DNA of 64,000 nucleotides from an uncultured candidate division Zixibacteria bacterium (GCA_963817915.1 CAWFQL010000012.1:160001-224000); one strand, 5' to 3'; positions 9,401 through 20,378 are shown, counted from the first letter of the stretch. Notes: generated by a model not told the origin, from the sequence alone. Numbers and translations are program-made.

Positions 9401-10291
9401 GTGACTGAAAAAGGCATCATTGTTTTTACCAACAAGTTAATCGTAATAGTCGGCATTATTCTATTATGTCCGACTTTTAATTTATATGCGGCACCCGGTG
9501 AGACAGCGCTGGATTTTCTCAATATTCCTGTAGGAGCCCACACAGCCGCCTTGGGGCAGGCCAACTATGCGGGCATAATCGGGCCCGAAGCCATTTTCGC
9601 CAATCCATCGCTACTCGGCAGTAGAACCGGTGGATTCGCATCTCATCAAGAGCTTTTCATGGATACCCGTTCCGAGGCCGCATCGGTCGCCCTGAGAGTC
9701 TCGCCAAGATATTCATTAGGGTTTGGAATTAATATGTTTGAACCGGGGAATATCGTAGGATATTCTGCCAACGATATCAAAACCGGCAATATCGCCGCAG
9801 GCGATTACATGGGCAGATTGGCTTTTGTCATCAATGGCAAAATAACCTATGGCGCTTCAATATCATATTATCATCAGAAGCTTGCGGATATTAGCGGAAG
9901 CGGTTTAGGATTTGGATTCGGGGCCACCTACGAAAATAATACCGGTCGATTCGCCCTCTCTTTCGATAACTTCGGAGCCAATTTCGGAATCGGGAATTCC
10001 AAGGCTCCCTTGCCGAGCCGCCTGGCCCTATCAACCTGGATTCCTCTCTGGAAAAATAACGTCAATATTAATGCCGATTTAATTTATAATCGTGCTTTCG
10101 GGTGGAAAATCGCGGGTGGAGTGGAATACAGAATAGTCAATGGTTTCAGCCTCCGAGCAGGCAGCAACAATGCCGATCCATTGTCGCTGGGATTTAATCT
10201 GGGCATTCGGGAAATATCATTTGATTATTCATATATTCCGTTGGGGACATTCGGGGACCGGCATATTTTCAGCGTATCAATTTTTCGATAA
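9401..10291 (+). CDS. PorV/PorQ-family outer-membrane beta-barrel (T9SS-like accessory protein)
   Basis: Signal peptide, FLNIPVGAHTAALGQA..FANPSLL, and C-terminal FDYSYIPLGTFGDRHIFSVSI. Confidence 0.75.
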   Translation: MTEKGIIVFTNKLIVIVGIILLCPTFNLYAAPGETALDFLNIPVGAHTAALGQANYAGIIGPEAIFANPSLLGSRTGGFASHQELFMDTRSEAASVALRVSPRYSLGFGINMFEPGNIVGYSANDIKTGNIAAGDYMGRLAFVINGKITYGASISYYHQKLADISGSGLGFGFGATYENNTGRFALSFDNFGANFGIGNSKAPLPSRLALSTWIPLWKNNVNINADLIYNRAFGWKIAGGVEYRIVNGFSLRAGSNNADPLSLGFNLGIREISFDYSYIPLGTFGDRHIFSVSIFR

Positions 10292-10359
10292 TTGTTGACA
10301 CTAATGTCAAATTAATATAGTTAATATTGCTAATAAACGTAACTTTACGGGGAGGTTTC

Positions 10360-10905
10360 ATGAAAAAAGCTCTACCTTTGATATTGGTTTTGGTCATTGC
10401 CAGTAGCGCGATGGCGATTACTGATCTGTCGCTTGGCGTCTACGGCGGCCTAAATAGCCCAATTGTTCAGCAAGATACAAAGTCCGGTACCGGCTTTGGT
10501 CTAAAGGGCACATTCGCCCCTACTCCGATGATTGCCGCGTCAGTATTTTTCGAATCACGCAAATACGGTAGCCCTGAAAAAACAATCAGAGGCATTACGA
10601 TGAAAACTGATGGTGGCAAAGTATCGGTTTTCGGATTGGAAGCTCAAATCGGCAGTGTGGGTGGAGCTATGGGGCCGCACTTTTATTGGGCTGTCGGAGT
10701 CGGCAGCTACAAATGGAAACGAGACGGTTACAGCGACCTCTCCAAAGTGGCCTATCATTTGGGGCCCGGTCTGGAGATCAACCTGCCGATGCATATCGGA
10801 ATTGAAGCTAAAGGAAAATTTGAAATAGTGCCTACCGGAGGTGGAGGTTCACGCAAGAATTTCCTCATCTTCGTTGGCGCAAATTATCACATCGGCTTGA
10901 TGTAG
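10360..10905 (+). CDS. Small outer-membrane beta-barrel protein
   Basis: GGAGG RBS, signal peptide, amphipathic strands and terminal FVGANYHI. Confidence 0.75.
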   Translation: MKKALPLILVLVIASSAMAITDLSLGVYGGLNSPIVQQDTKSGTGFGLKGTFAPTPMIAASVFFESRKYGSPEKTIRGITMKTDGGKVSVFGLEAQIGSVGGAMGPHFYWAVGVGSYKWKRDGYSDLSKVAYHLGPGLEINLPMHIGIEAKGKFEIVPTGGGGSRKNFLIFVGANYHIGLM

Positions 10906-10915
10906 GAGCGTTAAT

Positions 10916-11437
10916 ATGAAAAAAACACTAATCACCATAAGCGCCCTGATCATTCCCGTATTGATCGCGGGCTGTATTGCAACGGGAACCGTAGTTCTTG
11001 TGTACGATGTCGACTCCTTCGTATCGACCGATAACAGTGTCAACAAAGTTCATATAGACCTTAACTCGAATTCGGATTATACCAAGAACAAAGACAAGGT
11101 AAAATCGGTCGATGCTATTTCAGTCGTAGGTTGGCTGATTAATAATACCAGCACCGCAGATTCCGCTGAAATCTGGATGTCAGATGACAGCACTTACACA
11201 ACTCCGGCTCAAGTCAGAGCCAATGCCATCCAGATATTTGCTTCACCAAGTGTCCCTGCCAACGATTCTCTGATGATCGATTGGGCCGAAGGCATGTCGC
11301 ATATCAGGAATTTTGCGGCCATCGAATCAGAAGTTAATGGCGATGGAAATTTCTGGGTATATGGCATCGCTGCCCGTACACCATTCAATATGGGAGTGCG
11401 GGCCAGCCTTATAATTACGATTACTGCCGGATTGTAA
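10916..11437 (+). CDS. Hypothetical lipoprotein
   Basis: AGGAG RBS and IAGC lipobox; 10 nt after the beta-barrel gene. Confidence 0.75.
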   Translation: MKKTLITISALIIPVLIAGCIATGTVVLVYDVDSFVSTDNSVNKVHIDLNSNSDYTKNKDKVKSVDAISVVGWLINNTSTADSAEIWMSDDSTYTTPAQVRANAIQIFASPSVPANDSLMIDWAEGMSHIRNFAAIESEVNGDGNFWVYGIAARTPFNMGVRASLIITITAGL

Positions 11438-11470
11438 AATCTAAGCGCTTTTTCAGAAACGATATCATAT

Positions 11471-11502
11471 GCGGGAGTAGATCATTTCTACTCCCGCTTT
11501 TT
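11471..11502 (+). terminator. Rho-independent terminator
   Basis: Perfect 11-bp stem GCGGGAGTAGA/TCTACTCCCGC followed by TTTTT. Confidence 0.85.
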
Positions 11503-11518
11503 GTATTAAAATAGCTTA

Positions 11519-12637
11519 TTAAAAAACCTGGCCAAAATTAAAAAATATTCGCATCCCCTCTCCGCTGAATCCGGTATCCAAACGAACAAGAAAATTGGCT
11601 GTGCTATAGCGAAGACCGACTCCCCAATTGCTATGCCAATTCGAAAAATTGAAATGAGAGAGGTTAGGCCAGACCCGTCCGGCATCGACAAATAGCACGC
11701 CGCCGAGTCGTTTGTAGAGATGAGCCCGATATTCAATTGATGTTAATGCCATGGCTTTATCAAGGAACCTATCGGCTTTATATCCTCTTGCTGTCCAGCC
11801 ATCACCGATTTTGCTTAGTTCCTGGTATGGCGTGTCGCCGTTAATATCCTGAATCCATAATCTTAATGCGACAACGTGATTTTTCGAAAAAATCCTATTA
11901 TATGAATTTGCCTCGATCCTGATTTTTGAAAAATCATTATTGTCGGAAAATGCCTTAATCGCTTTTTCAAATCGAGATTCGATCTTCATCCCCGATGATG
12001 GATCAAGCCAATTATCGCGGTTATCATATTTGATCATTATCGACGCCGCGATAATATCGGTTTCGCCCGTGCCAGGGGTGTCATTCGAGATCGTATTCCA
12101 GGATTGATCATAACCATAAACGCTGTGATGAGAAAACCGCAGTCCGATTTCGCCTACGAGCTTTTCTGTGAATCCGCGACTCAGAGCAAATTGAATTCTC
12201 GTCAATTCGCGGGGAAACTGATTCTTGTTGTCTTTGGTGTTATTGCCAATGCCGAAATAATTGCTTTTTAGAAATTTATCAAATTCTATTTTAAAATCTA
12301 AAGCCCATTTAAATCGTTTTCGATGACGAAATTCGAAATCGGGAATAGAAAATGCCAGGGCATACCACTGCTCGCCCTTTGTGCTCCCGAATAATATGAT
12401 ATCGTAGGATTCATTTTTCTTATGGATATTTTTCAATACTCCTTTGGCGCCAAATCCGAAACCGATATCTGAATCAAACATCGCGATCGGCAAGGCGCTC
12501 ATCGAAAACTGTTTTGGCAAAGAGATCTGGCTATTGGTGCCCTCTTGGCTAGATGTTCTTAAAAGCGGGAAAAAGCAGACTATAAATATCAGCGAAAGCT
12601 GTATTTTACGGAAATTATCTTTATCCTTTTCGCCCAT
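11519..12637 (-). CDS. Omp85/BamA-TamA-family barrel protein without POTRA domains
   Basis: YDNRDNWLDPSSG, ARGYKADRF (VRGY-like loop), FVDAGRVW, GVGLRY and terminal FNFGQVF. Confidence 0.8.
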   Translation of the reverse strand: MGEKDKDNFRKIQLSLIFIVCFFPLLRTSSQEGTNSQISLPKQFSMSALPIAMFDSDIGFGFGAKGVLKNIHKKNESYDIILFGSTKGEQWYALAFSIPDFEFRHRKRFKWALDFKIEFDKFLKSNYFGIGNNTKDNKNQFPRELTRIQFALSRGFTEKLVGEIGLRFSHHSVYGYDQSWNTISNDTPGTGETDIIAASIMIKYDNRDNWLDPSSGMKIESRFEKAIKAFSDNNDFSKIRIEANSYNRIFSKNHVVALRLWIQDINGDTPYQELSKIGDGWTARGYKADRFLDKAMALTSIEYRAHLYKRLGGVLFVDAGRVWPNLSHFNFSNWHSNWGVGLRYSTANFLVRLDTGFSGEGMRIFFNFGQVF

Positions 12638-12647
12638 TCCGCGCGAA

Positions 12648-14030
12648 TTATACCATCTTATTCAAATTTCCGTAGGCTTTTTTTGCCGAATGGGTCAAAT
12701 CGAATAAGCCGGGTATCAGCCTCAAAAATCTTAGCCGCTTGAATGGTGAGACTGCCGGCTTAATCCTTAAAGCCCGGCCCAACGATGACGCCTTACGATA
12801 TAGTTGACTGAATGAATCATAGAATTCCTTCGTTCCGAGCTTAGTTGGCAGTATGCTGTGGGCCAAATCATAAAGCCTGGTATCGTCATACATTAATTTA
12901 TCCTTCATCTTCTCGTGGAATTCAGTGCCCGGAAATGGAGTCAAAATCGTAAATTCATGATAATATATTTTCATCTTGTCCATATATCTGAGAATTTCTT
13001 CGAAATCTTTTTTGGTGTATTCAGGCCTGATTATAAATGCTCCCAACGGATCGACATTGTTTTCATGCAAGATATCGATAGCTCTGTTGTTATTCTCTAC
13101 AGTGCTTTTTTTGTTGAGGCTTTTCAAGTCTTCATTATTAGATGATTCCAGTCCCAGGAATACTTTTTTCAGGCCGATTTCAGCCCATTTTTCCACAAGG
13201 TCCGGATGACGGTTTATCTCATCTACTCGGCTTAAAATATAATACTTCTTATTGATATTTCGGGATTTTATAAGGCTATAAATATCGAGAGTATGTTGAT
13301 AATCGAAAAATAGATTATCATCACCCGCGTAAATATATTCCTCCTTTATTTGAGAAAGCTCTTCAACTACGAGCTTCGGCGATCTTTTGAGATATCGCCT
13401 TTTAGTCAGAACGGGGCAGGGGCAGAAATTGCACTGATAAGAACATCCGGCCGAAGTTATGATTAATGCAGTCGGACGCCAGACCAAATGAAAATATCGA
13501 TGACGATTATGCGATGTTAGGTCCCTACGCGGCATTGGCAGGTGATCCAAGTTGGTTACCGGCGACTTAATAGATGTATAATGAAGCTTGCCATCACTTC
13601 TAATCGCCAAACCTTCAATATCTTCCATAGATATATTTTGTTCGAAATTATTGACTGCCTGTGCAAATGAATCTGGCCGATGGCCAATTACGATAATATC
13701 AATATAAGGTTTATTGAAATCTGACGGCATCAAGGTGGCGTGAACTCCACCGACTACAGTCATTGCGAGCGGATTAATCTCCTTCACTTTCCTTAGAACA
13801 GTAAGCATGCGATGAACATGTATAACTGATCCAGATATTCCGACAACATCCGGCATATAATCCTCTATGACTCGTTCCCAGTTATTCTCCAACTTCATAT
13901 CGAGAATCTTTACATCGTGATTTGGAATGGCCCCGGCAAGGTATTCCAATCCCAATGGCTCTATATTGATCAGCTTTTTGGGGATAACACTCAATCGATC
14001 GGCGTCGGGGTATATCAAAAGTACTCTCAT
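12648..14030 (-). CDS. B12-binding radical SAM enzyme (class B methyltransferase-like)
   Basis: EPLGLEYLA and VVGGVHATL cobalamin-binding domain; CSYQCNFC cluster motif; ILTPFPGT. Confidence 0.88.
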   Translation of the reverse strand: MRVLLIYPDADRLSVIPKKLINIEPLGLEYLAGAIPNHDVKILDMKLENNWERVIEDYMPDVVGISGSVIHVHRMLTVLRKVKEINPLAMTVVGGVHATLMPSDFNKPYIDIIVIGHRPDSFAQAVNNFEQNISMEDIEGLAIRSDGKLHYTSIKSPVTNLDHLPMPRRDLTSHNRHRYFHLVWRPTALIITSAGCSYQCNFCPCPVLTKRRYLKRSPKLVVEELSQIKEEYIYAGDDNLFFDYQHTLDIYSLIKSRNINKKYYILSRVDEINRHPDLVEKWAEIGLKKVFLGLESSNNEDLKSLNKKSTVENNNRAIDILHENNVDPLGAFIIRPEYTKKDFEEILRYMDKMKIYYHEFTILTPFPGTEFHEKMKDKLMYDDTRLYDLAHSILPTKLGTKEFYDSFSQLYRKASSLGRALRIKPAVSPFKRLRFLRLIPGLFDLTHSAKKAYGNLNKMV

Positions 14031-14113
14031 ATGTTTTCCTTTTTATCGAGGGGCGCCGCTTTCAGCGCGACGCCCCCGTCCCCCTGATTCCACTCCTGTT
14101 GGAGTGTAAAAGT

Positions 14114-16285
14114 TTACCTTAGCAGGCTCATCTTCTTGGTTTGCGTATAATCATCAGCCAGCAATCTGTAAAAATAGATTCCGCTCGAAACATCCTCGCC
14201 ACGCATATTATGGCCATCCCAGATTATATTCTTTTCACCGGGATTCTGGTACTCATCGACAAGCACCCTGATTTCCTGACCAAGAATATCATAGATAGTC
14301 AATCTGACATTGGCGCCTTGCGGCAGACTATAAGATATATTGGTTTCAGGGTTAAATGGATTGGGATAATTCTGATTCAGTTGAAACTGTTCGGGCTGTT
14401 CGATATTGTCACCGGCTATAAGATGACGACCATTTTGATGTCTGATCGCATACATGAGTTTGTCGGCAAGATAAATCAACTGTTCGGCTGAGAAAGCCGT
14501 GATATGCCTGGCCCTTTTTTCTAATCGAACATGCAATTTGAATAGTTCGAGTCCGGCCAGAGCTGAATGATTGTGGCCATCCTCCAATCTCTCGCGAACA
14601 TGATAAAGAGTCCGCTGGAGGAATTCGGCTGTATTGCGCCTGCTGATAGTGCCATTTTCTCTGAATAGCGCAACGACATCGGATAATTGATCAGCTCCAG
14701 TCGCGGGGTCAGCATATGACGCCAGATCGAGCACCCTGCCTTCCGCGTAATAAGCTACGGGAGAATGAGCAACTATAAAATCCTTTGTCACATTATAGAT
14801 AAAGTAGTCTGTGGGCGTAAGGTTCATTACCTCGAAGCCTGGAATCTGCGAAAAGAATGGCACTACGGCATCGGGCACTGTCACCGAAATTATCGCTGAA
14901 GGGTCCAATTGGTGCCCGTTGATTTTGATCGATGAATAATCTACCCGCGAACCGGGAGGATTAGACGAATTGTACACATAAGACAAATTGGAGACATGCA
15001 GGAAAAAGTCTTCGACATAAGGCAGGTTATAAACTGAAAATTCCAGCCCCGCCATCAGAGACGCTCCGGTTGTCTGGAACGTTACCAATTTCAGGCCCAG
15101 TCCCGTTTGCTGATCGAATCCATACGGAACTGCCTGGAAAATATCCGAACCCTTTACCGCCCCCTCATAAATTGTCTGCGAAATAAATCCCTGTGGCTGT
15201 ATGGCGATATCTGTACCGGTGAGATTGCGGAACGCGTCGGACAGCATGTTGCCCATGGCATTATCGCGGCATAAACCTTCAGTCAATTGCTTTTTTAATT
15301 CGGTTGATGCCCGCGCGACTACATCGGTATATACCGGCCCAAAACGAGGATCGGCTTCGACACCCGCGGCGAGATTGCTTATCATTCCGGCAAGTGTCGG
15401 CTCCGCCGGCACTGTGGCATCTACAGATAGCAGCTCATAACTGTGACTTTGAACAACACCGTTATCGGTGATAATTTTGAGCTTGCCGATATACCTGCCA
15501 AATTCGCCCGCCTGTACAACCAACGTATTGCCTATTTGAATAGGGGTCGGAATCAATGTGTGAGTATGGCCGCCTATAATGACATCTATACCGGAAATCG
15601 TCGCTGCCGCCATTTGATCATAATCGACTCCCATATGCGAAACCAGAAATACCATATCGCAGCCTAATCCATTTCGAAGCGAATCAACCCAACCTTGTGC
15701 CACCGCAAGCGGAGGTGTCACAACGACTGGTGACGGATTCGATATCTGGTTGGTCAAATCGGTCATCAATCCGAAAATTCCGATCCTGAGTCCGCCGATT
15801 TCCTTTATAGTATAAGGTTGGACAAAATATCCAAGTTGCGGTTCGCCCGTGATATCGAGATTGGCGCAAAGCACCGGAAATCCCTGGGATGGAAAACCGG
15901 CCTGGTTCAATACATATTCCAATGTTTGCGGATAGAGATCGAATTCATGGTTGCCTAATTCCAGAGCGTCATAATTGAGCGCTTTCATGATTTCCAATTC
16001 TGCAATTCCCAAATACTCTTGAAACATGAAATCCCCGACAAATAGATCGCCGCTATGAAATAGCATAACATTGGGCTCCGTCATCCGATTCATGCCGACC
16101 AGTGTGGCAATCCGAGCCATCCCGCCCCAGGTCCAATCGCCATTTGAGTCCTTGGGACCGTACGATAATAAATGTGAATGGGTATCATTGACATGGAGGA
16201 TCGTCAAGGTGTCCACCTGTCCCAGTGCCAGCGAGAACATCCCCAAAATCGCGGCGATAACGAAAACCAGTCTTAATCTTTTCAT
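14114..16285 (-). CDS. Secreted 5'-nucleotidase/metallophosphatase with C-terminal T9SS-type (FlgD Ig-like) sorting domain
   Basis: Motifs LHVNDTHSH, GDLF, LGNHEFD, SHMG and GGHTH; C-terminal LNQNYPNPFNPET...SSGIYFYRL...KKMSLLR. Confidence 0.9.
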   Translation of the reverse strand: MKRLRLVFVIAAILGMFSLALGQVDTLTILHVNDTHSHLLSYGPKDSNGDWTWGGMARIATLVGMNRMTEPNVMLFHSGDLFVGDFMFQEYLGIAELEIMKALNYDALELGNHEFDLYPQTLEYVLNQAGFPSQGFPVLCANLDITGEPQLGYFVQPYTIKEIGGLRIGIFGLMTDLTNQISNPSPVVVTPPLAVAQGWVDSLRNGLGCDMVFLVSHMGVDYDQMAAATISGIDVIIGGHTHTLIPTPIQIGNTLVVQAGEFGRYIGKLKIITDNGVVQSHSYELLSVDATVPAEPTLAGMISNLAAGVEADPRFGPVYTDVVARASTELKKQLTEGLCRDNAMGNMLSDAFRNLTGTDIAIQPQGFISQTIYEGAVKGSDIFQAVPYGFDQQTGLGLKLVTFQTTGASLMAGLEFSVYNLPYVEDFFLHVSNLSYVYNSSNPPGSRVDYSSIKINGHQLDPSAIISVTVPDAVVPFFSQIPGFEVMNLTPTDYFIYNVTKDFIVAHSPVAYYAEGRVLDLASYADPATGADQLSDVVALFRENGTISRRNTAEFLQRTLYHVRERLEDGHNHSALAGLELFKLHVRLEKRARHITAFSAEQLIYLADKLMYAIRHQNGRHLIAGDNIEQPEQFQLNQNYPNPFNPETNISYSLPQGANVRLTIYDILGQEIRVLVDEYQNPGEKNIIWDGHNMRGEDVSSGIYFYRLLADDYTQTKKMSLLR

Positions 16286-16338
16286 CTTTGCTCTCCTTTC
16301 AAGAGAACTGAGGTTTAAGGTTCACAATTCTAATGCAA

Positions 16339-16354
16339 AGCAAGAGATATGCCA
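16339..16354 (-). promoter_or_regulatory. Sigma54 (-24/-12) promoter
   Basis: Minus strand reads TGGCATATCTCTTGCT, with exact GG-N10-GC spacing, about 54 nt upstream of the nucleotidase ATG. Confidence 0.65.
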
Positions 16355-16635
16355 TCGACAATAATGCGACTCTATATTCGATTATTTCACTGAAAGACTT
16401 GATCTTAGATTGTCAGAAAAGCAATCCAATGATGTCAGCGTGGTGATTACTTCATTACCCTAATAAATAGAAAACGCAATTTTCGATGTCAATGAAATAT
16501 TAATAACTGGAATCCAGATAATTGATTAGAGCGAATAACTCTGATGGTTACCTCGTCCTTCGGATAGATACTATATACTCTTAAAGATAATATTCTGATA
16601 TTTGGAATTGGATCAAATTGGATTCTTGTCTATAT

Positions 16636-16998
16636 TTATTTACCTATAATCATTTTTATTGAGATCAAAAGCAGGGCAATCCCGAATATCCGCTCCAATA
16701 TGACATTAGAAACATTCGTGGCGAGTCTGGCTCCGAAGAGGCTGCCGACAAAAAATCCCAGGCAGATCAAAGCGGCGATTTTTAGATCAACATACCCTTG
16801 TCTATAATAAGTCCAGGCCGCCAAAAATCCTATCGGCGGCACCAGTAATGCCAGTGTCGTCCCTTGTGCCTGATGTTGTGTCATTCCGAAAATAAAGATC
16901 AGCGCCGGTACGATTATAACCCCTCCGCCAATTCCGATTAGCCCGCTCAGCGCGCCAGCGATTAATCCCAATAAAATGTAAAATAAGAAATTATCCAT
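16636..16998 (-). CDS. TauE/SafE (sulfite exporter) family membrane protein, single-repeat form
   Basis: GLIAGALSGLIGIGGGVIIVPAL and AQGTTLA; GGAGGAG RBS. Confidence 0.85.
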   Translation of the reverse strand: MDNFLFYILLGLIAGALSGLIGIGGGVIIVPALIFIFGMTQHQAQGTTLALLVPPIGFLAAWTYYRQGYVDLKIAALICLGFFVGSLFGARLATNVSNVILERIFGIALLLISIKMIIGK

Positions 16999-17202
16999 AA
17001 TATCTCCTCCAAAGGTCTTATACTACTTCGAATAGTATTAATTCCACTGAAAAATCGCCTCCATAATAATATCAAGAATACCAATTCGAAGTTCCGGCAA
17101 AGTTCCCGTTACGGGCTGTAATTTTCGCTTGACTTAATATATCCCAAATTGCATGTTAGCGCTCAGGTTTTGGGTATTAGATGAGGGAATGAATCGGGGA
17201 AA

Positions 17203-18785
17203 ATGCTGAATAAAATAGGCTTCTACATAGCTCTGATAATCATATTACCTCTGCTTATATGGTTAGCCTATGAACGGCCGCATCCCGGATCCCAATCTTA
17301 CCCGCCCTACGATCTTACAGCCATCTCAAATCCTATAGATACAATTGGTTCAATAACATTGAATTGGCATATCCTTGCCGGTGATTCTGTTAATGCCCCA
17401 TCATTCCCCGATTATAAAATTTATCGTTCGGATTCTCAAAATGGCCCATTTAATGAAATTGGGATAGTGCCGCATTCTGCTCCTTACGCGACAATTCTTA
17501 CTCGTCAATTCATGGATACTACAGTTGCCGTTGGTTCGTCATATTATTATAAAGTAAATTGCTCAATCGACGGTAGTCCCGTTGAATCGAATATCGCCGG
17601 ACCGGTTTCATATTCGAAACCAACTCAAGCGATGGCAGGTGTTCGAGGGGAGACTATTATATTCCCCCCAACACAGCTTCGCGCGTTTGACTCCCCCAAT
17701 GATGAAGGTCATTCGATTACTCTCGAATGGAAAATTTCACCCAACGACACTCCCAAAAGCTTAAAATTCAGGGGCTATGACATATATAGAGCGGCCAATC
17801 CTGACGGCCCATTCGAGATTATAAGCGATGCCACGGGCGGCGAAACTGACCCCGGACGCCATATGAAAATTTTGAATGACGGTAATAATGTCGGCGATGG
17901 CGTGAACTATTATTATTATGTAGCGGCCAAATGGAATGGCCAGATCGCAAAATCGAATATAGCGGGTCCGGCTCAAGTCCAGCGCCCAATGGTTCCATAC
18001 CGGTCGAGCGGTATCATTGATTCTTTTGGGCATACTGATAGGGACAATATTATTCTATATCAATCAGGCGAAATCGGGCAAAGAGCTATTCATTCGCAAA
18101 ATCGCCGGTCTGGAAGCTGTCGATGAGGCAGTCGGAAGAGCCACCGAGATGGGCAAAAAGGTATTCTATATTCCCGGCACTCAGGATATGGATAATGTCC
18201 AGACAATTGCCGGATTGACCATACTTTCCCGTGTGGCAAAATTAACCGCCGAATATGAAACCAAGGTTAGATGTCCCTGTATCTCGTTCGCTGGTCATGA
18301 TCACTGCGCGCGAGGTGGTTAAGGAATCTTATCTCAATGCCGGCAGACCGGACTATTACAGCGATGACATGGTTTATTACCTGACGGACGACCAATTTGG
18401 GTATGCCGCCGCTATCGATGGTCTTGTTATTCGTCAGAAGCCGGCCACCATCTTTTATCAGGGCGCATTTTACGCGGAATCACTTATTCTCGCGGAAACC
18501 GGCAACTCAATTGGCGCGATTCAAATCGCGGGCACTGCCATGCCTGCCCAATTACCGTTTTTTGTAGCGGCCTGCGATTATACTCTTATAGGTGAAGAGC
18601 TATTCGCTGCATCGGCATATCTTTCCCGCGAACCGAAGCTCCTTGGCTCTCTCAAGGGTCAGGACATCGGCGGGAAATTAGTGTTTTTGACATTGGCGAT
18701 TATTTTCATGGTTATCGCTACAATTGGCGCCATCAACAGCTCCAATATTGTGGCCACTGTATCACGAATCTTTAATGTGAATTAG
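17203..18785 (+). CDS. Subunit A1: two FN3 domains + TM + DUF6754-like domain; broken by two +1 frameshifts (~17974 and ~18265)
   Basis: Three track ORFs join into one ~526-aa protein colinear with paralog 21180..22439 (QWFH, AVDEA.GRATEMG, FYAESLILAETG, GEEL.AASAYLS). Confidence 0.8.
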
Positions 18786-18798
18786 GCAGGGTAGTTTT

Positions 18799-19461
18799 TT
18801 GAGACGAGAAATTCCTCTTATCCTCACCGCGGTCATCGGCCTGACATACTTTATCCAATTTTTCGTGCCTCATAGACCGATGGGCTTCTTGTCCAATATG
18901 TTTACCGACTGGGTCATGATTATAGCAGCTTGCGCCATCTGGCTGGGAGCATTGAATCTTCTAAAAGTCTCATTAGACAAAATATATAAGAAAGATCACG
19001 ATTGGTTCTTTGCCGTAGTTACCATTATCTCATTTCTATTGATAATTATCGTGGGCTTCTTCTTCTCAGGCGGACGGAGATTCCAGGATCCCGGCACCAG
19101 ATTTGACTGGCTCTACATTAATATATACACACCTTTGATGGCTACTATGTTCGCCATGCTGGCGTTCTTTGTGGCCTCGGCATCATATCGAGCTTTCAGA
19201 GCCCGCAACGCTCAGGCAACTGTACTGCTTATAGCGGCATTCATAGTCATGCTCGGCAGAACACCATTCGGAGATTGGTTCAGTTATCGTATACTTTTCC
19301 TGCCTGCCGGTTGGGGAATAGGTGATCTTTCGAATATCATTATGAATTATTTCAATGTTGCCGGACAGAGGGCAATTATGATCGGTATTGCGCTTGGAAC
19401 TGTATCAACCTCGCTTCGCATAATTCTCGGTATCGAACGAACCTATCTGGGGAGCGATTGA
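18799..19461 (+). CDS. Subunit B1: uncharacterised polytopic membrane protein
   Basis: TTG start. ATMFAMLAFFVASASYRAFRARN and IILGIERTYLG are shared with 22474..23124. Confidence 0.85.
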   Translation: MRREIPLILTAVIGLTYFIQFFVPHRPMGFLSNMFTDWVMIIAACAIWLGALNLLKVSLDKIYKKDHDWFFAVVTIISFLLIIIVGFFFSGGRRFQDPGTRFDWLYINIYTPLMATMFAMLAFFVASASYRAFRARNAQATVLLIAAFIVMLGRTPFGDWFSYRILFLPAGWGIGDLSNIIMNYFNVAGQRAIMIGIALGTVSTSLRIILGIERTYLGSD

Positions 19462-19462
19462 T

Positions 19463-20362
19463 ATGCAAAGCCTTTTCAAAATGCTCCTCGCTCTCGATAG
19501 AAGAATCATATTCATAGTTATCTTCCTCGCATTGTCCATTCCTATATTCTTGCATATGAAAATAGATATCGATGTTACCCGCGAGGTTGTCTCCTTCTAC
19601 AACGCCATCGAGCATCTTCCCGCTGGATCCAGGATATTGGTTTCATGCGACTATGACCCAGGCTCCGAGCCGGAGCTTCAGCCAATGGCCGAGGCCGGAT
19701 TCAGATACTTCGTAAGCAATCACTTAAAATTCGTAATTATCGGACTCTGGCCGCAAGGCTCGATGCAGGCTAATAAGGCACTTGTTACGGTCAATGAAAT
19801 AAAGAGCGGATTTACGGTTGAAAATGGCGATACTCTCTATTTTGGACGAGACCTGATTGTCGTGGGAGCCGATACCGCCCGCTACGGAAGGGATTTCATT
19901 AATCTCGGTTATCAATCCGGCAATGAATTGGTTATACAGAGATTGGGATCATCCATAAGAGAGACATTCCCCAATGACGCTAAATTCGGACGCCCTATTG
20001 ATACTTATCCACTTATGAGCAGCATCAACAAGCTTGCAGACTTCGATTTTATTTTCAATTTATCAGCCGGATATCCGGGTACTGTCGAATGGGTTCAATT
20101 TGCTGTTGATAGATTCCATGTCGCCTGCGGAGCGGGAAATACTGCGGTTCAAGCGCCCCAGGTTTATCCATATCTCGATAGCGGTCAGCTAACGGGTCTC
20201 ATGGGCGGCATGAAGGGCGGCGCCGAATTTGAAAAGCTTGTCAATTTCAAGGCCAAGGCTACTATGTCAATGGTCAGCCAGACGGCCGCGCATATATTCG
20301 TGATTCTATTTATCATAATTGGCAACATGGCTTACTTCGTAACTCGCGGCAAGAAGGCTTAA
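19463..20362 (+). CDS. Subunit C1: uncharacterised membrane-anchored protein
   Basis: N- and C-terminal TM segments around a soluble domain. YDP..ELQPMA and GLMGGMKGGAEFE are shared with 23124..23957. Confidence 0.85.
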   Translation: MQSLFKMLLALDRRIIFIVIFLALSIPIFLHMKIDIDVTREVVSFYNAIEHLPAGSRILVSCDYDPGSEPELQPMAEAGFRYFVSNHLKFVIIGLWPQGSMQANKALVTVNEIKSGFTVENGDTLYFGRDLIVVGADTARYGRDFINLGYQSGNELVIQRLGSSIRETFPNDAKFGRPIDTYPLMSSINKLADFDFIFNLSAGYPGTVEWVQFAVDRFHVACGAGNTAVQAPQVYPYLDSGQLTGLMGGMKGGAEFEKLVNFKAKATMSMVSQTAAHIFVILFIIIGNMAYFVTRGKKA

Positions 20363-20378
20363 GAAGGGTAATTTACTA

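Noticed and set aside
14049..14077. GC-rich hairpin between the nucleotidase and radical SAM genes as a terminator
   Set aside because: No U tract follows it on the transcribed (minus) strand; its role is unclear.
17960..18280. Programmed frameshifting or phase variation in subunit A1
   Set aside because: No slippery heptamer or long homopolymer is present, and the same +1 pattern occurs in unrelated genes such as kdsB.
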